Source: a virus (Duplodnaviria; Heunggongvirae; Uroviricota; Caudoviricetes). From it: a stretch of DNA of 64,000 nt. Of this stretch, positions 48,623 to 58,222 are shown one piece after another (positions within the stretch are counted from its first letter, which is position 1; each line of letters begins with the position of its first letter). A program made the position numbers and the translations under genes. Below the pieces are notes generated by a model. The model was not told the DNA's origin. It saw only the letters and a list, made by a program, of their open reading frames with translations, and searched no databases. The stretch lies in IMG/VR virus record IMGVR_UViG_3300013307_000015. One strand, written 5' to 3'.

Positions 48623-49057
48623 ATGAGCAGCAAGGCCAAGGTGTTCTTCGATTCAGTGTTGAACGAAATGCGTTCGAGCAAGGTGTCTCGTCTGAACGGA
48701 ATGGTGAAGACGAACAAAGTTGAGCGTGGCGGGAAAAACCAAGAGACGATTGAAGTTTCGTCCTCGGCTATCTCGTTCAAAGATTCGGTGACCGGTACAA
48801 TGGAAATCACCGTGCTCGACCGACCACCTGGCTATCCGCATAAGTCAGGCGGGGGCGTGACGTTCTTCGTTGAACCGGGCGATAACAATTTCAAACGCAT
48901 TGCTCGGGACATTCTCTTCTGGATGTCGCTACACAGTACGGGGTTCAGGGACAAGATCGATCCGCGCTCGATCATCGACGCGTACAAGGATTGTCAGCTT
49001 CCGACACTTCAAAATCAACATTGGCGAACGAATCGTCAGACGGTTGCTTACGTCTAG
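48623..49057 (+). CDS. hypothetical protein
   Basis: ORF-track. Confidence 0.45.
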   Translation: MSSKAKVFFDSVLNEMRSSKVSRLNGMVKTNKVERGGKNQETIEVSSSAISFKDSVTGTMEITVLDRPPGYPHKSGGGVTFFVEPGDNNFKRIARDILFWMSLHSTGFRDKIDPRSIIDAYKDCQLPTLQNQHWRTNRQTVAYV

Positions 49058-49110
49058 ACGATGCTATGACACTAGGCAATATAGCCTAGGTCTATGCGGG
49101 AGAGACCCTT

Positions 49111-49305
49111 ATGAATACGAGCTATTTGGTTGGGATGTTGCTGGTGTTGTGGGTGGCAGGCGTGCTGGGAGCCATGTACTTTTCCATGGTACGCGCCACT
49201 GTCGGACTGACGCAGTTGCATGTGTTTCGCATCCGCATTGCGGTGGCGACCGGTGGACTCGTTTCCATTCTGGCTCTCTACCTGAACAAGATGTTGTTTT
49301 CGTGA
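49111..49305 (+). CDS. small membrane protein (64 aa, 2 TM)
   Basis: RBS GGGAGAG. Confidence 0.5.
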   Translation: MNTSYLVGMLLVLWVAGVLGAMYFSMVRATVGLTQLHVFRIRIAVATGGLVSILALYLNKMLFS

Positions 49306-49312
49306 GTCTACG

Positions 49313-49340
49313 GGGGGCCTTTGGCTCCCCGCTTATGCCC
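49313..49340 (+). terminator. hairpin + CTTATGCCC box
   Basis: gggggcc-tttg-gctcccc. Confidence 0.4.
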
Positions 49341-49502
49341 TAAGGAGGACAAGAGCCCAAAAGTTGTTTTATACGTACTACAACCATATTCTGGGGTAAG
49401 TCCCCCCTAGAATCGATAGTCAAAATAAGAGACTCGCAATCGCCGTAGATTCCGGGACATGAAGAAAAGCAGTTTCCTTCAACCAGAGCGAGGTTTTTAA
49501 GA

Positions 49503-49934
49503 ATGCGAATCAGGAAATCGAGACTATTGATGACCTTCGAACAGCTTTGCAAAGAGTTGGAACAAAGGTCATTGCGTGAAATTGACGTATGTGCGTTTCA
49601 CACGCGACTCATGGACAAGACAGCGTACGCGCTGTCGGTTTCCAAACAAGGGTTGTTTGTGGTACTTACACAGGCGGAGTCAGATTCTCCGAAACACGTC
49701 AAGTTGATCACGCTGAAGTTGAGTGGCGGTGAAACGGCTTACAGGGCAAAAGTCCATGTGATCCACGAGAACGACATCCAGACGATGGCGTTTATCACCA
49801 CATTCTTCTTCTACGAAGGAATCAGGCCGGATGACCTATCTGACCTGTATAAAGCATTTCCTGATTTGGACGATTATCGGCATGTGGTGCAGATTGACTC
49901 GAAAGAGTTGGATCTAAGCGGCTTTCCGATGTAG
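49503..49934 (+). CDS. hypothetical protein
   Basis: ORF-track. Confidence 0.45.
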   Translation: MRIRKSRLLMTFEQLCKELEQRSLREIDVCAFHTRLMDKTAYALSVSKQGLFVVLTQAESDSPKHVKLITLKLSGGETAYRAKVHVIHENDIQTMAFITTFFFYEGIRPDDLSDLYKAFPDLDDYRHVVQIDSKELDLSGFPM

Positions 49935-49959
49935 AGTCGTCCCTATTGGGAGAATAACA

Positions 49960-50400
49960 ATGCAGACGCAAGAGAAGATAAAAAAGGCGGTCGGGTTCTG
50001 GCAATACGTGAAGCAATCACCAACGGATGCGTGCGAAATTGACCGAGATCGCGCAATGGAATACATCCGTTGTAACACGTTAAATGTCAACACCTTTAAA
50101 TTGGTAATGCTGGGGGCAAGCATTGCGTTCAATCAGGCACGCAAAAAGGACAAGGATGTACTCGGCTTCTACGCGGATTTCGTAGCGGATGATGTCTACA
50201 ACACCGAAGGAAAACCCTTAGGTGCTGTGACTATCAGGGCTGAAATTCGCCGTGAAGAAGTGAGTCCAAAGGCGAAGGATCGTTCATCGTTTTACGAGTT
50301 CACGTTACTGGTTAATCTCGACGGCAAGATTGTCGATGTTGACTATCGAAAACTCCAAAGACAACTCGCCGCCAACCAACAACCTATGAGAGGTTATTGA
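49960..50400 (+). CDS. hypothetical protein
   Basis: RBS GGGAGAA. Confidence 0.5.
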   Translation: MQTQEKIKKAVGFWQYVKQSPTDACEIDRDRAMEYIRCNTLNVNTFKLVMLGASIAFNQARKKDKDVLGFYADFVADDVYNTEGKPLGAVTIRAEIRREEVSPKAKDRSSFYEFTLLVNLDGKIVDVDYRKLQRQLAANQQPMRGY

Positions 50401-50401
50401 C

Positions 50402-50767
50402 ATGCTAGGTTATATGCGGAACAGAAAGCGGATTGTGCAGGGTGAAACCATCGCTCAACATAGGCCGCGTACAATCCCTGAAAACATTTACATGTGGGGT
50501 GGTTCTTTCTGGGATGCATGGAAGAAACAATCCAGTCCTCTCGCGCAGCAGCAATTGGATCAGATGGTGGCTCAGTTCAAACGTTCGACACGGATGTCTG
50601 AATTGCGCTTTTACCGTTCTGGTTCGGTTTTAACCATTCAAGCAGGCAGCAGTAGCTTGCGTGTTGAGATGCTTTGGGAAAACGGACAAGTCGTAGAGGT
50701 AGTCGACTTGGCTCGCTCAGAGCGCTCAGCGAAGAATGCGTATCGCACGTCACAATCTTCCCTTTAA
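50402..50767 (+). CDS. hypothetical protein
   Basis: ATG 2 nt after previous stop. Confidence 0.45.
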   Translation: MLGYMRNRKRIVQGETIAQHRPRTIPENIYMWGGSFWDAWKKQSSPLAQQQLDQMVAQFKRSTRMSELRFYRSGSVLTIQAGSSSLRVEMLWENGQVVEVVDLARSERSAKNAYRTSQSSL

Positions 50768-50792
50768 CAACCTTTAGGAATAAGGTTCCAAA

Positions 50793-51050
50793 ATGAAAAC
50801 CCTGCAAGGACTCGTCCTCGCAATAAGCGCACTCACCGCACTGAGTGCTTCGGCCATCACGAAAGATGAAGTGGTTCGTGATGCAATCAAGAAAGGCGCA
50901 ATCGTCGTTGTGTGCGACAACGGATTGTGTAAGGACTACAAGACCCGAGAAGTGGTAGGCGAGGGTCAAAATGGAATGTACCTCATGTATCCGAAAGGGC
51001 ATGAGGAAGAAGAAAAGCAAACGGCGAGGCTACTGGCCAATGCCGAGTGA
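50793..51050 (+). CDS. small secreted protein
   Basis: signal peptide MKTLQGLVLAISALTALSASA. Confidence 0.5.
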   Translation: MKTLQGLVLAISALTALSASAITKDEVVRDAIKKGAIVVVCDNGLCKDYKTREVVGEGQNGMYLMYPKGHEEEEKQTARLLANAE

Positions 51051-51075
51051 GGTGTAGGAGAAGTCTTTTTCGGAC

Positions 51076-51104
51076 GGGGGCGATTTGCCCCCATTATGCC
51101 GTTA
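51076..51104 (+). terminator. hairpin gggggc-gattt-gccccc + ATTATGCCGTTA box
   Basis: 6-bp GC stem. Confidence 0.4.
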
Positions 51105-51124
51105 GGACCAAGTGAGGAATAACA

Positions 51125-51280
51125 ATGACACTTCCAGAAGAGACGGAGACAAGCAAGGCAAGGATCGGTAAGACACCGCTTGTTATCATTCTGATCGCAA
51201 TGGCAGGCGCAGCCTTGTTCTTCGCTTACCAGTTGGCACTTTTACTGTATCCAGCACTTCGCCATGTAGATTTATTGTAG
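51125..51280 (+). CDS. small membrane protein (51 aa), not in ORF track
   Basis: RBS GAGGAA 6 nt up; LVIILIAMAGAALFFAYQLALLLY. Confidence 0.45.
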   Translation: MTLPEETETSKARIGKTPLVIILIAMAGAALFFAYQLALLLYPALRHVDLL

Positions 51281-51423
51281 GGCTGTATGTAGTAGTGGAC
51301 AGTACCTGTTCCTTCAGTTAGTTTCAATCCGAATAGAAGCAGCCGCGTAGATTGGGTCTACGTTTGGCACTAGCTCGCTAAGCTAGGCAATACCTTGCCA
51401 AGGTAATCTATTTGGAGTTAGAA

Positions 51424-51849
51424 ATGACCACTGAAGTAAATGTGATTGAAGCGTTGTTGGGACAGGTGCTGGTGAAGGCGGAAAAGATTGAAGCGGGAGA
51501 TGAACGATGCGACAACGACCAGTTGGTGTTTTGGCTGGCCGATGGTCGCGTCTACATGTTCACGCACGATCAAGATTGCTGTGAACTCGTCTACATCGAA
51601 TCCATTGTTGGTGATCTGAATGATCTGGTAGGGGCTCCGTTGCTGATGGCGGAGGAAGTTGTATCCGAACCGGAGATTAAGGATTGCGAAGCAGGCGACG
51701 ATGGTGAGACATGGACGTTTTACAAGTTTGCTACCTTGAAGGGCTATGTCGATGTCCGGTGGATTGGTTCATCGAACGGCTATTACTCGGAGTCGGTAGA
51801 TCACGGCTTCTTGGATATCGAGGTGCAAAAGCAGTTGCCGTCTTCTTAA
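51424..51849 (+). CDS. hypothetical acidic protein
   Basis: RBS GGAG. Confidence 0.5.
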   Translation: MTTEVNVIEALLGQVLVKAEKIEAGDERCDNDQLVFWLADGRVYMFTHDQDCCELVYIESIVGDLNDLVGAPLLMAEEVVSEPEIKDCEAGDDGETWTFYKFATLKGYVDVRWIGSSNGYYSESVDHGFLDIEVQKQLPSS

Positions 51850-51865
51850 CCCTGTAGGAATGGAA

Positions 51866-51906
51866 AGCACGCTGGCGTCAAGCCGGTGTGCTTTTTATGC
51901 CGTCAT
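51866..51906 (+). terminator. hairpin + TTTTTATGCCGTCA box
   Basis: aagcacgc...gtgtgctt then T5. Confidence 0.45.
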
Positions 51907-51959
51907 TTTGTGTAGTCTTTCTTTTTTTGTCTTCATCTACACAAACTACGGGGGCCAGC

Positions 51960-52421
51960 ATGTGGCGTGGCTTTAAACGATTCTGGCACGACCAGATCAC
52001 GACCCCGAACGGCGACATTGATCCTGCTCGCGTTTGGGGGTATCTCATCATCGGCTGTGGCGGCATGCTCTACAACTTCTTCGAGTACTACGAAGTGGTG
52101 ATCAAGGGCCAGCCGTTTGATCCGAATGCTTACGCTGACGGCCTCATCAAAGTCGGCACAGCGCTGCTGGCAGCCGCTGCTGGTATCTGGATCAAGAAGG
52201 GTGCAGAAGCGCCTTACAACCCGACTGTAGCGGCTGCTAACATGCCGGATGATCCGGGCGTGCAAGCCGCAGCAGGCAACCCTGCTGGTACCGATCCGCA
52301 AGGCACACAAATGACGCTTGACGGTATGAGTGCCCTTGCGCAGGATGAGATCAATCAAGCGCAGACACTGGCTGACAAGTTCAAGCAACTGTGGCAGTCG
52401 GTCAAGAACATCTTCAAGTAA
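51960..52421 (+). CDS. membrane protein, possible holin-like (2 TM)
   Basis: VWGYLIIGCGGMLYNFF and LIKVGTALLAAAAGIWI. Confidence 0.4.
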   Translation: MWRGFKRFWHDQITTPNGDIDPARVWGYLIIGCGGMLYNFFEYYEVVIKGQPFDPNAYADGLIKVGTALLAAAAGIWIKKGAEAPYNPTVAAANMPDDPGVQAAAGNPAGTDPQGTQMTLDGMSALAQDEINQAQTLADKFKQLWQSVKNIFK

Positions 52422-52430
52422 GGAATAACA

Positions 52431-52970
52431 ATGATCACTGCACGCTACGTCGCATTTGTTTTTTTGTCCTTGTTCATCACGGTTGTGGCTTGGATCATCT
52501 CCCCGATTCTTGCCTGCCTGGTGAATGAGGAAGGGAACTTGCCGAACTGGCTCTACTGGTTCCAGACTTTCGACAACACCTGCGATGCCGGCTGGAAGGT
52601 GCAAGGCAGTTACGGCACCTATCTGAAAGATGGCGCGGTACCCACGGGATTTACGTTGTGGCGCTATCGCTGGTTCTGGCTGTGTCGAAACCCCGCGTAT
52701 GGTTGGGATTACTTCCCGTTGGGCATTGAATGGGACAAAGATGACTGGACTGTCATCAAGTGGTCGTCCCAAGATGCCAACCCGAACTTCTATTACGCCC
52801 GCTCGAAGCAAGGTTACTTCAGCTGGGTGTACATCAACGACCACATCCAACTGAAATTCGGTTGGAAGTCGTGGGGACTTTTTGATCGTGCGACTGGTAC
52901 ATACACCGATGGCCAATTCGGTCCGGAGAAACGCCAGCCGTTGTGTTTCACCATCGTTCCACGCTTCTAG
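52431..52970 (+). CDS. membrane-anchored hypothetical protein
   Basis: RBS AAGGAATAA; N-terminal TM. Confidence 0.5.
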   Translation: MITARYVAFVFLSLFITVVAWIISPILACLVNEEGNLPNWLYWFQTFDNTCDAGWKVQGSYGTYLKDGAVPTGFTLWRYRWFWLCRNPAYGWDYFPLGIEWDKDDWTVIKWSSQDANPNFYYARSKQGYFSWVYINDHIQLKFGWKSWGLFDRATGTYTDGQFGPEKRQPLCFTIVPRF

Positions 52971-52979
52971 GAGAAGATC

Positions 52980-53228
52980 ATGCCGTCGAAAACGCCGGAG
53001 CAAGCCAAGTTCATGCGGGCTGCTTGCCATGACAAGAAGATCGCGGATTCGCACCACATCAAGCAGGAAACTGCTTGCGAATTCGTCCGGGCAGATCAGG
53101 CACAAGCACGTGCACAAGCGAAAGGCCAGAAGCCTGCTCGCGAAGGCATGACCATCAGTCCGTCGGCTGCCGTGTTCACCACCGGCTACGTGCATCCGAC
53201 GGGCCAACCTCCCTTCAAGGTGTTCTAA
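52980..53228 (+). CDS. hypothetical protein
   Basis: RBS TAGGAGAAG. Confidence 0.5.
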   Translation: MPSKTPEQAKFMRAACHDKKIADSHHIKQETACEFVRADQAQARAQAKGQKPAREGMTISPSAAVFTTGYVHPTGQPPFKVF

Positions 53229-53293
53229 TGGCTTTTCCGATTCAGTGGTATCTGTTCTGGTCCGTCATGCTGCGGTCCTGCTGGGGGTTCTAA

Positions 53294-53692
53294 ATGGCTA
53301 AAGCCCAACTCGATTCTCAAGCGGTCTACATGCCGCCGCGCGGGATGCCGCTTGCGCAAATCCCGAACTTTCAGGGTTATCCCTGCACGATCATTGGCGT
53401 CGGTCCGACCGACCGAGTGAGCGCAGTGGTGAAGGCTCCGGCAGGCACGGGACCCTACACGTCGTATGCGGTCGAAAACGTACCGTATTGCGATGCGGAT
53501 ACCGATCCGTCGCAGGTACCCATCAAGGGCGGTTACGTGGCTCCGGTCGGCTTCACACCGCCGAGCTATACGCCGCCTCCGGTGACCAACGCAGCAGGTC
53601 AGGTGATCGTGCCCGAAACCATCTGGGCGAATCCGAATACGACGCCTTCGTCGACGGCGTTGAATACGCCGAACACCATTCCGCTGCCGTAA
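53294..53692 (+). CDS. hypothetical Pro-rich protein
   Basis: ORF-track. Confidence 0.4.
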   Translation: MAKAQLDSQAVYMPPRGMPLAQIPNFQGYPCTIIGVGPTDRVSAVVKAPAGTGPYTSYAVENVPYCDADTDPSQVPIKGGYVAPVGFTPPSYTPPPVTNAAGQVIVPETIWANPNTTPSSTALNTPNTIPLP

Positions 53693-53736
53693 TTCTGTAG
53701 GGACTCCCTACACAACCCTTTCCTGAGGAAACAATC

Positions 53737-54021
53737 ATGACCGTTGCAGTCAACAGCGCCGCTCTCTTTTTCCAGCAGTTCAATCACGTACCGGACAACA
53801 GCCCCTCCGAAGGGCTGAAAGCAACCGTGGTCGGCGTCTACGACGGCGGCCTGCGTGTGGACGTGGTCGTGCGCAAGCCGGCCACCGTACCGCAAACGCC
53901 GGATTCGATCTGGACCGAGCGTGCCGTTCCGTTCGTGGCTGACGGCGCTACGCCGCCGGCGACGGGTTTCTTCGTCACGCCGACGGACTTCACCTTCCCG
54001 GCACCTCCGTCGGGCAGCTAA
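53737..54021 (+). CDS. hypothetical protein
   Basis: RBS GAGGAAA. Confidence 0.45.
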   Translation: MTVAVNSAALFFQQFNHVPDNSPSEGLKATVVGVYDGGLRVDVVVRKPATVPQTPDSIWTERAVPFVADGATPPATGFFVTPTDFTFPAPPSGS

Positions 54022-54035
54022 GCTGGGGGTCCGTC

Positions 54036-54320
54036 ATGTATGGCAAGCGCATCTTCTCCGATGAGGAGGGTCGGTTCCCTTGTACCATGGAGCCGGGAAG
54101 TTACGGATGTGCGACGAACGATCGCATGAAAAGTACGTTTGCCGCATGGTGGAATGTCTGTACGCCTGATGGCTCGGTGGTGCAACTCGATCCGAACAAA
54201 CACACGGTCACTGAACACGACGACGGCAGCATCTCCGTGTGGCCTTCCATCACGACCCGTGAGTGGTATGGCTGGTTGATTGCCGGTGTCTGGACGGAAC
54301 ACCATCCGATCAAGCATTAG
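54036..54320 (+). CDS. hypothetical protein, W(Y/H)GWL-GVW family (paralog 1 of 3)
   Basis: VTEHDDGSISVWPSITTREWYGWLIAGVW. Confidence 0.5.
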   Translation: MYGKRIFSDEEGRFPCTMEPGSYGCATNDRMKSTFAAWWNVCTPDGSVVQLDPNKHTVTEHDDGSISVWPSITTREWYGWLIAGVWTEHHPIKH

Positions 54321-54325
54321 CGTCC

Positions 54326-54345
54326 GGGGAGGCTTCGGCCTCCCC
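54326..54345 (+). terminator. UUCG hairpin ggggaggc-ttcg-gcctcccc
   Basis: followed by GATATGTCCG variant box. Confidence 0.4.
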
Positions 54346-54370
54346 GATATGTCCGCAACAGGAGAAAAGC

Positions 54371-54709
54371 ATGTATCGCATGCAATCGGGGAAAGTTGTC
54401 ATCAGTGGTGACTGGCGTCCGTTTCGAGACGCTATCGAACGAGCGATGAAAGAGGAGGGAATCGAAAAGGAAGTCGTCGTCCACGAAGACGGACGCAGCG
54501 AGAGCATCCCGACGCAAGTCTGGAATATCGGCTGTCTTGCCATTCTCAGCTACTTGGAACAAACCAAGAAGACGTGTGGGGATTGCAAGAAGGAGTTGAC
54601 AAGCGGGGACGATATCCGTTGTCTGGATTGTCGCTGGTTGATGTGTCCTGCGTGTGCAGAGAAACACTTCTGGCCCAATGGACGACCCAAAGAGAGCCGT
54701 CATGCTTAA
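54371..54709 (+). CDS. hypothetical protein with C-terminal zinc finger
   Basis: RBS AGGAGAAAAG; CGDCKK...CLDCRWLMCPACAEKH. Confidence 0.5.
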   Translation: MYRMQSGKVVISGDWRPFRDAIERAMKEEGIEKEVVVHEDGRSESIPTQVWNIGCLAILSYLEQTKKTCGDCKKELTSGDDIRCLDCRWLMCPACAEKHFWPNGRPKESRHA

Positions 54710-55070
54710 AGGGATTCGGGTCTATGCGAATGAGAAGGGCTTGCTCGATCGCGAGCAGATGCGACAACCCGGCGCGTATGGTAAGCCGACGTTTGACTTC
54801 GTGAAGAAGTACGGACCGAACGTCTTTCGCATGACGTGGTGGGAAGTGACCTGTCCGGACGGCAGTGGTTGTACTTTGAATCCGGAGATCCACAGCGTCA
54901 CCATCATGGAAAACGGCAGCATCACCGTCTATCCGTCCATTGTCACACCGTCGTGGCACGGATGGCTTGAGTGCGGTGTGTGGCGACACGTGAACGAAGT
55001 TGCGAACCAGGTGGAGCTGGCTCGTCTTGCTAAAGAGGTAGGAGAGCAAAATGGGTTTGCGTCAAGGTAA
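54702..55070 (+). CDS. hypothetical protein, WHGWL-GVW family (paralog 2)
   Basis: VTIMENGSITVYPSIVTPSWHGWLECGVW. Confidence 0.5.
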   Translation: MLKGIRVYANEKGLLDREQMRQPGAYGKPTFDFVKKYGPNVFRMTWWEVTCPDGSGCTLNPEIHSVTIMENGSITVYPSIVTPSWHGWLECGVWRHVNEVANQVELARLAKEVGEQNGFASR

Positions 55071-55359
55071 GACCATCTACGAGATGCGTGAAGGGATGTT
55101 CTATTTCGAGTGTCCGGGTTGTAAGTACGGTCACGCCTTCTACACCAAGGATGGACCCATCTCGAATGGGGTGGAGCAGTTGTGGCAATTCAACGGCGAT
55201 CTGGATAAACCCACGATCATGCCGAGTCTGGATGTGTGTCGAGACGACCCGACACACCGCTGTCATTCGTGGATCAAGAACGGGATGATCGAATTTTTAA
55301 GTGACTCGCATCATTCTCTGCGAGGACAGACTGTCCCGATCCCCGAACTCGAAGATTAA
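55051..55359 (+). CDS. hypothetical protein, distant paralog 3 of the same family
   Basis: [33 protein letters not shown]. Confidence 0.45.
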   Translation: MGLRQGKTIYEMREGMFYFECPGCKYGHAFYTKDGPISNGVEQLWQFNGDLDKPTIMPSLDVCRDDPTHRCHSWIKNGMIEFLSDSHHSLRGQTVPIPELED

Positions 55360-55375
55360 CACTGGAGAAAAATCC

Positions 55376-55885
55376 ATGAGCAAGGTCCAACTCGAAACCT
55401 CCCTCGGCAATATCGTTCTCGAACTCAATGCCGAAAAGGCACCGAAGACGGTCGAGAACTTCCTCGCCTACGTGAAGTCCGGCCAATACGACGGCACGGT
55501 CTTCCATCGCGTGATCAACGGTTTCATGATCCAAGGCGGCGGCTTCGAACAAGGCATGAAGCAAAAGCCCACGAAGGAGCCGATTAGCAACGAAGCGAAC
55601 AACGGCCTGAAGAACGACGAGTACTCGATCGCGATGGCGCGCACCAACGATCCGCATTCGGCCACCGCCCAGTTCTTCATCAACGTCAACAACAACGACT
55701 TCCTGAACCACTCGACCCCGACGCCGCAAGGCTGGGGCTACGCCGTGTTCGGCAAGGTCGTCGAAGGCCAGAACGTCGTCGACCTGATCAAGCAGGTCAA
55801 GACCGGCAATCGCGGCTTCCACCAGGACGTACCGGTCGAAGACGTCGTCATCAAGACGGCCACCGTGCTGGAAGAAGCTGCGTAA
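55376..55885 (+). CDS. ppiB: peptidyl-prolyl cis-trans isomerase, cyclophilin (PpiB-like)
   Basis: [61 protein letters not shown]. Collinear with E. coli PpiB from memory. Confidence 0.9.
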   Translation: MSKVQLETSLGNIVLELNAEKAPKTVENFLAYVKSGQYDGTVFHRVINGFMIQGGGFEQGMKQKPTKEPISNEANNGLKNDEYSIAMARTNDPHSATAQFFINVNNNDFLNHSTPTPQGWGYAVFGKVVEGQNVVDLIKQVKTGNRGFHQDVPVEDVVIKTATVLEEAA

Positions 55886-55948
55886 GTCGTGCGTTGTTCT
55901 AGAGGAATTCTGTGTTGAATTCCTCTTAACCACCACAAGGAGAGCTTT

Positions 55949-56347
55949 ATGTCGGATCAACCGACTCTCGCAACACTGAAGACGACCAGTCCCGTTGGTC
56001 CGACTCATCCCGATCCGGCCAACATTCCGGCTGCGCCGACCGTCGGCGATCTGGAAGTACCGGTTCGACTGCGTTCCTTCGTGAACTCGGTCGTCGCCAA
56101 CCCGGATCAGCCGTTCACACCGGATGCGGATTTCATCCCCGTCCTTCAGCGTGCCGTGAACATGCTGGAAAAGCGCGGCTTGACTGCGCCGTGGCGTCGC
56201 AGCTATTCCGGCTCGGGCGAGAACAAGGGCTGGTCGGTCTACGCGGGCAACGATCTCATTGCCTACCTCGGCGGTGACGATACGTTCGGCCAAGCCGTTG
56301 ATGCGATGGTGCTTGCGCACAACAAAGCACTCGGTTACGTGGAGTAA
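55949..56347 (+). CDS. hypothetical protein
   Basis: RBS AAGGAGAG. Confidence 0.5.
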   Translation: MSDQPTLATLKTTSPVGPTHPDPANIPAAPTVGDLEVPVRLRSFVNSVVANPDQPFTPDADFIPVLQRAVNMLEKRGLTAPWRRSYSGSGENKGWSVYAGNDLIAYLGGDDTFGQAVDAMVLAHNKALGYVE

Positions 56348-56535
56348 TCCATGATCGTGCGTAACAACGCACTATGGCGGCGTCGTGCATCTAAGTGTCA
56401 ACCGAAGATGTACGGCGCTACCTGTCCAGTCAACTACGACTGGAAGTGCAAAACAGTTAGGGTGGTGTATTGGCGGGCTAAGCGAGACCATCGCAGACAC
56501 TGCATGATCTCACCCGGTAAGTACTGAGGAAAAAA

Positions 56536-56796
56536 ATGAGTGATGTGATCCGCTATAAAGACGTAGTCGTCAGTAAAGGCTCAGACCTTTACAAAGCGAT
56601 CGAAGACAAGAAACCTCTGGAAGCGGCTCGCATTTACTGGGAGTGTGAAGTCGAATTCCAAAAGTACTGGAAAGACACGTCTTGGGGTAAGCCTGCTGGT
56701 CTGGCAGAAGCTGAACTCAAGAAGGTGCAAGATCGCATCGAGGAAGAGCGGCTGAACGAAGAACTCCGGAAGAAAGGGGCTAGGACATTGAAATGA
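56536..56796 (+). CDS. hypothetical protein
   Basis: RBS TGAGGAAAAA. Confidence 0.5.
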   Translation: MSDVIRYKDVVVSKGSDLYKAIEDKKPLEAARIYWECEVEFQKYWKDTSWGKPAGLAEAELKKVQDRIEEERLNEELRKKGARTLK

Positions 56797-57335
56797 ATCT
56801 CGTGCTCGTTGAACACAAGTCGTCCAGCTACGGTCCGCGTACCTTCCACAACGCGAAGTCAGCCGATCTGACTCTGGCTATTGCGATGGATTTCACGACC
56901 TTCGGCGAGAAGTTGACGCATAAAGCCGCAGGGGATGATTACCTTGCGATTCCCTACGAGATGGATTCCGTCACAGCAGCACGACTTCTGTATCGGGAAC
57001 TCTTTCGTCGTAAAGCCAAGGTGTTGAATGTAGCTGGAAACGGTATCTATACATTCGCCAAGCATGGACACCAGCAGCATTCGATCAACATGCATTTGTA
57101 CTTCATCCTTGGCCTGACCAACAAACACTACCCGATCAAGAAGATCGTCTCAGGCGGTCAGACAGGGATGGACATAGCTGGAGGCATCGTCGGATGCAAG
57201 CTCGGCATACCGGTCGAAATGACGTTTCCTAAGGGCTTTCGGCAACGCGATGAGCACGGTGTGGATAGTGAACACACTGAAGCGGAAATCCGACAGCAAG
57301 TGCTCAACGGCATGAACCAGTTGGAAACTGTTTGA
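56793..57335 (+). CDS. SLOG-superfamily protein (YpsA/MoCo-carrier-like Rossmann fold)
   Basis: SGGQTGMDIAGGIVGCKLGIPVEMTFPKG matches the SGGQxGxD...GIP..G motif of MoCo-carrier/YpsA SLOG proteins. Confidence 0.5.
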   Translation: MNLVLVEHKSSSYGPRTFHNAKSADLTLAIAMDFTTFGEKLTHKAAGDDYLAIPYEMDSVTAARLLYRELFRRKAKVLNVAGNGIYTFAKHGHQQHSINMHLYFILGLTNKHYPIKKIVSGGQTGMDIAGGIVGCKLGIPVEMTFPKGFRQRDEHGVDSEHTEAEIRQQVLNGMNQLETV

Positions 57336-57463
57336 TTTCACAGGATTTTTTTAGTGCACGATGCATGTTGTGCGAGAAGACATCGAGAGATGTTTCCTGG
57401 GTAATACCACTGTACGGCTGCGGTGCAGGCGCATGGGCGAGGGGTATCCACTCCCAGACGGAG

Positions 57464-57509
57464 AGTCTGGCAGGCACAGACTTCGTTGGGTTCGAATCCC
57501 AACCTTGGC
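57464..57509 (+). other. tRNA-like 3' fragment A (anticodon-arm-like hairpin + T-arm TTGGG-TTCGAAT-CCCAA + acceptor-like CCTTGGCC); no matching 5' half
   Basis: Canonical GGTTCGAATCC T-loop. The required 5' acceptor GYYRRGG is absent within 200 nt upstream. Confidence 0.3.
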
Positions 57510-57637
57510 CTCAGCGACAGCAGAAGGATTGTGAGGAAGGCTCGACTATTGGTGAAGTCAGCAGTGCGACCCCGCGCACTGCCGGGTGGTGTATATTGGC
57601 TTATCTATCTCCGGGTAGACCCATGGCATCATCCTGT

Positions 57638-57662
57638 ACAGGTTCAAATCCTGTCCTCAACC
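57638..57662 (+). other. tRNA-like 3' fragment B (T-arm ACAGG-TTCAAAT-CCTGT + CCTCAACC)
   Basis: T-arm-like hairpin without a foldable cloverleaf upstream. Confidence 0.25.
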
Positions 57663-57956
57663 TCGATCTTATCAGACGACTTAAGCGGTGCACTTTGATC
57701 CCCGTATCCGCGCTTTCACTCCTGAACGCCTGACCCAATACGGCTGCCACGGATTGAGGTGCACCGGCCTTAAGTTGTTTGAACGAATTCCAGCGCAGTG
57801 CCTTCCAATGTTCATTCGGGGACTGCGAGCGGGTCATCCTACTGCGCTGGAATAACTGTACTTAGGTGGGCGGTTCTTCGGGGTGGTCATCCCTTTCTTC
57901 GAGCGAATCGGTTCCTCGGATGACTGCCTTCTTAAGTATTGTATGTGAGAAGTTTT

Positions 57957-58049
57957 GGAGATGTGGTTGAGTGGTTGAAAACACCGGACTGCTAATCCGG
58001 TACACCTCCTTGAGGGGTGTCGTAAGTTCGAATCTTACCATCTCCGCCA
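57957..58049 (+). tRNA. tRNA-Ser (anticodon GCT), class II with long variable arm, CCA encoded
   Basis: Acceptor GGAGATG/CATCTCC; D arm GTT-GAGTGGTTGA-AAC; anticodon arm CCGGA-CTGCTAA-TCCGG; variable stem ACACC/GGTGT; T arm GTAAG-TTCGAAT-CTTAC. Confidence 0.85.
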
Positions 58050-58146
58050 TTTTCAAGAGTAGTAAAACCTCGCCAACGGTAATGCCGGAAGCAGTACGTG
58101 TCCGGAGTGTTCAATTCACCAGCGAGGTCCAGTTTTCTGTTGTAGA

Positions 58147-58222
58147 TCCATGTTAGCTCAGTCGGTAGAGCGGCGGCCTGTTAAGCCGTAGGTCCCTGGT
58201 TCGAGCCCAGGACGTGGAGCCA
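58147..58222 (+). tRNA. tRNA-Asn (anticodon GTT), CCA encoded
   Basis: Acceptor TCCATGT/ACGTGGA (one G-U); D arm GCTC-AGTCGGTA-GAGC; anticodon arm GCGGC-CTGTTAA-GCCGT; T arm CCTGG-TTCGAGC-CCAGG. Confidence 0.85.

Noticed and set aside
51933-53207. 424-aa - strand ORF
   Set aside because: Overlaps five compact + genes with RBSs; Arg-rich.
53228-53293. 21-aa ORF MAFPIQWYLFWSVMLRSCWGF
   Set aside because: Too short and lacks a convincing RBS; could be a real micro-peptide but unsupported.
55274-56320. 348-aa - strand ORF
   Set aside because: Antisense to ppiB (unambiguous cyclophilin on +) and the neighbouring gene.
57400-57720. Possible tmRNA or intron-containing tRNA
   Set aside because: No tag-peptide reading frame ending in ..ALAA-stop and no tmRNA 5' GGGG..GATTCGACGGG acceptor arm. 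No 5' acceptor complement for either T-arm within 300 nt, even allowing an anticodon-loop intron. Left as fragments pending covariance-model search.
57332-57733. 133-aa + ORF across the tRNA-like region (also 57862-58056 - strand and 57971-58156 + strand)
   Set aside because: These overlap tRNA-Ser, the T-arm fragments and hairpin structures; no RBS; read-through of structured RNA.
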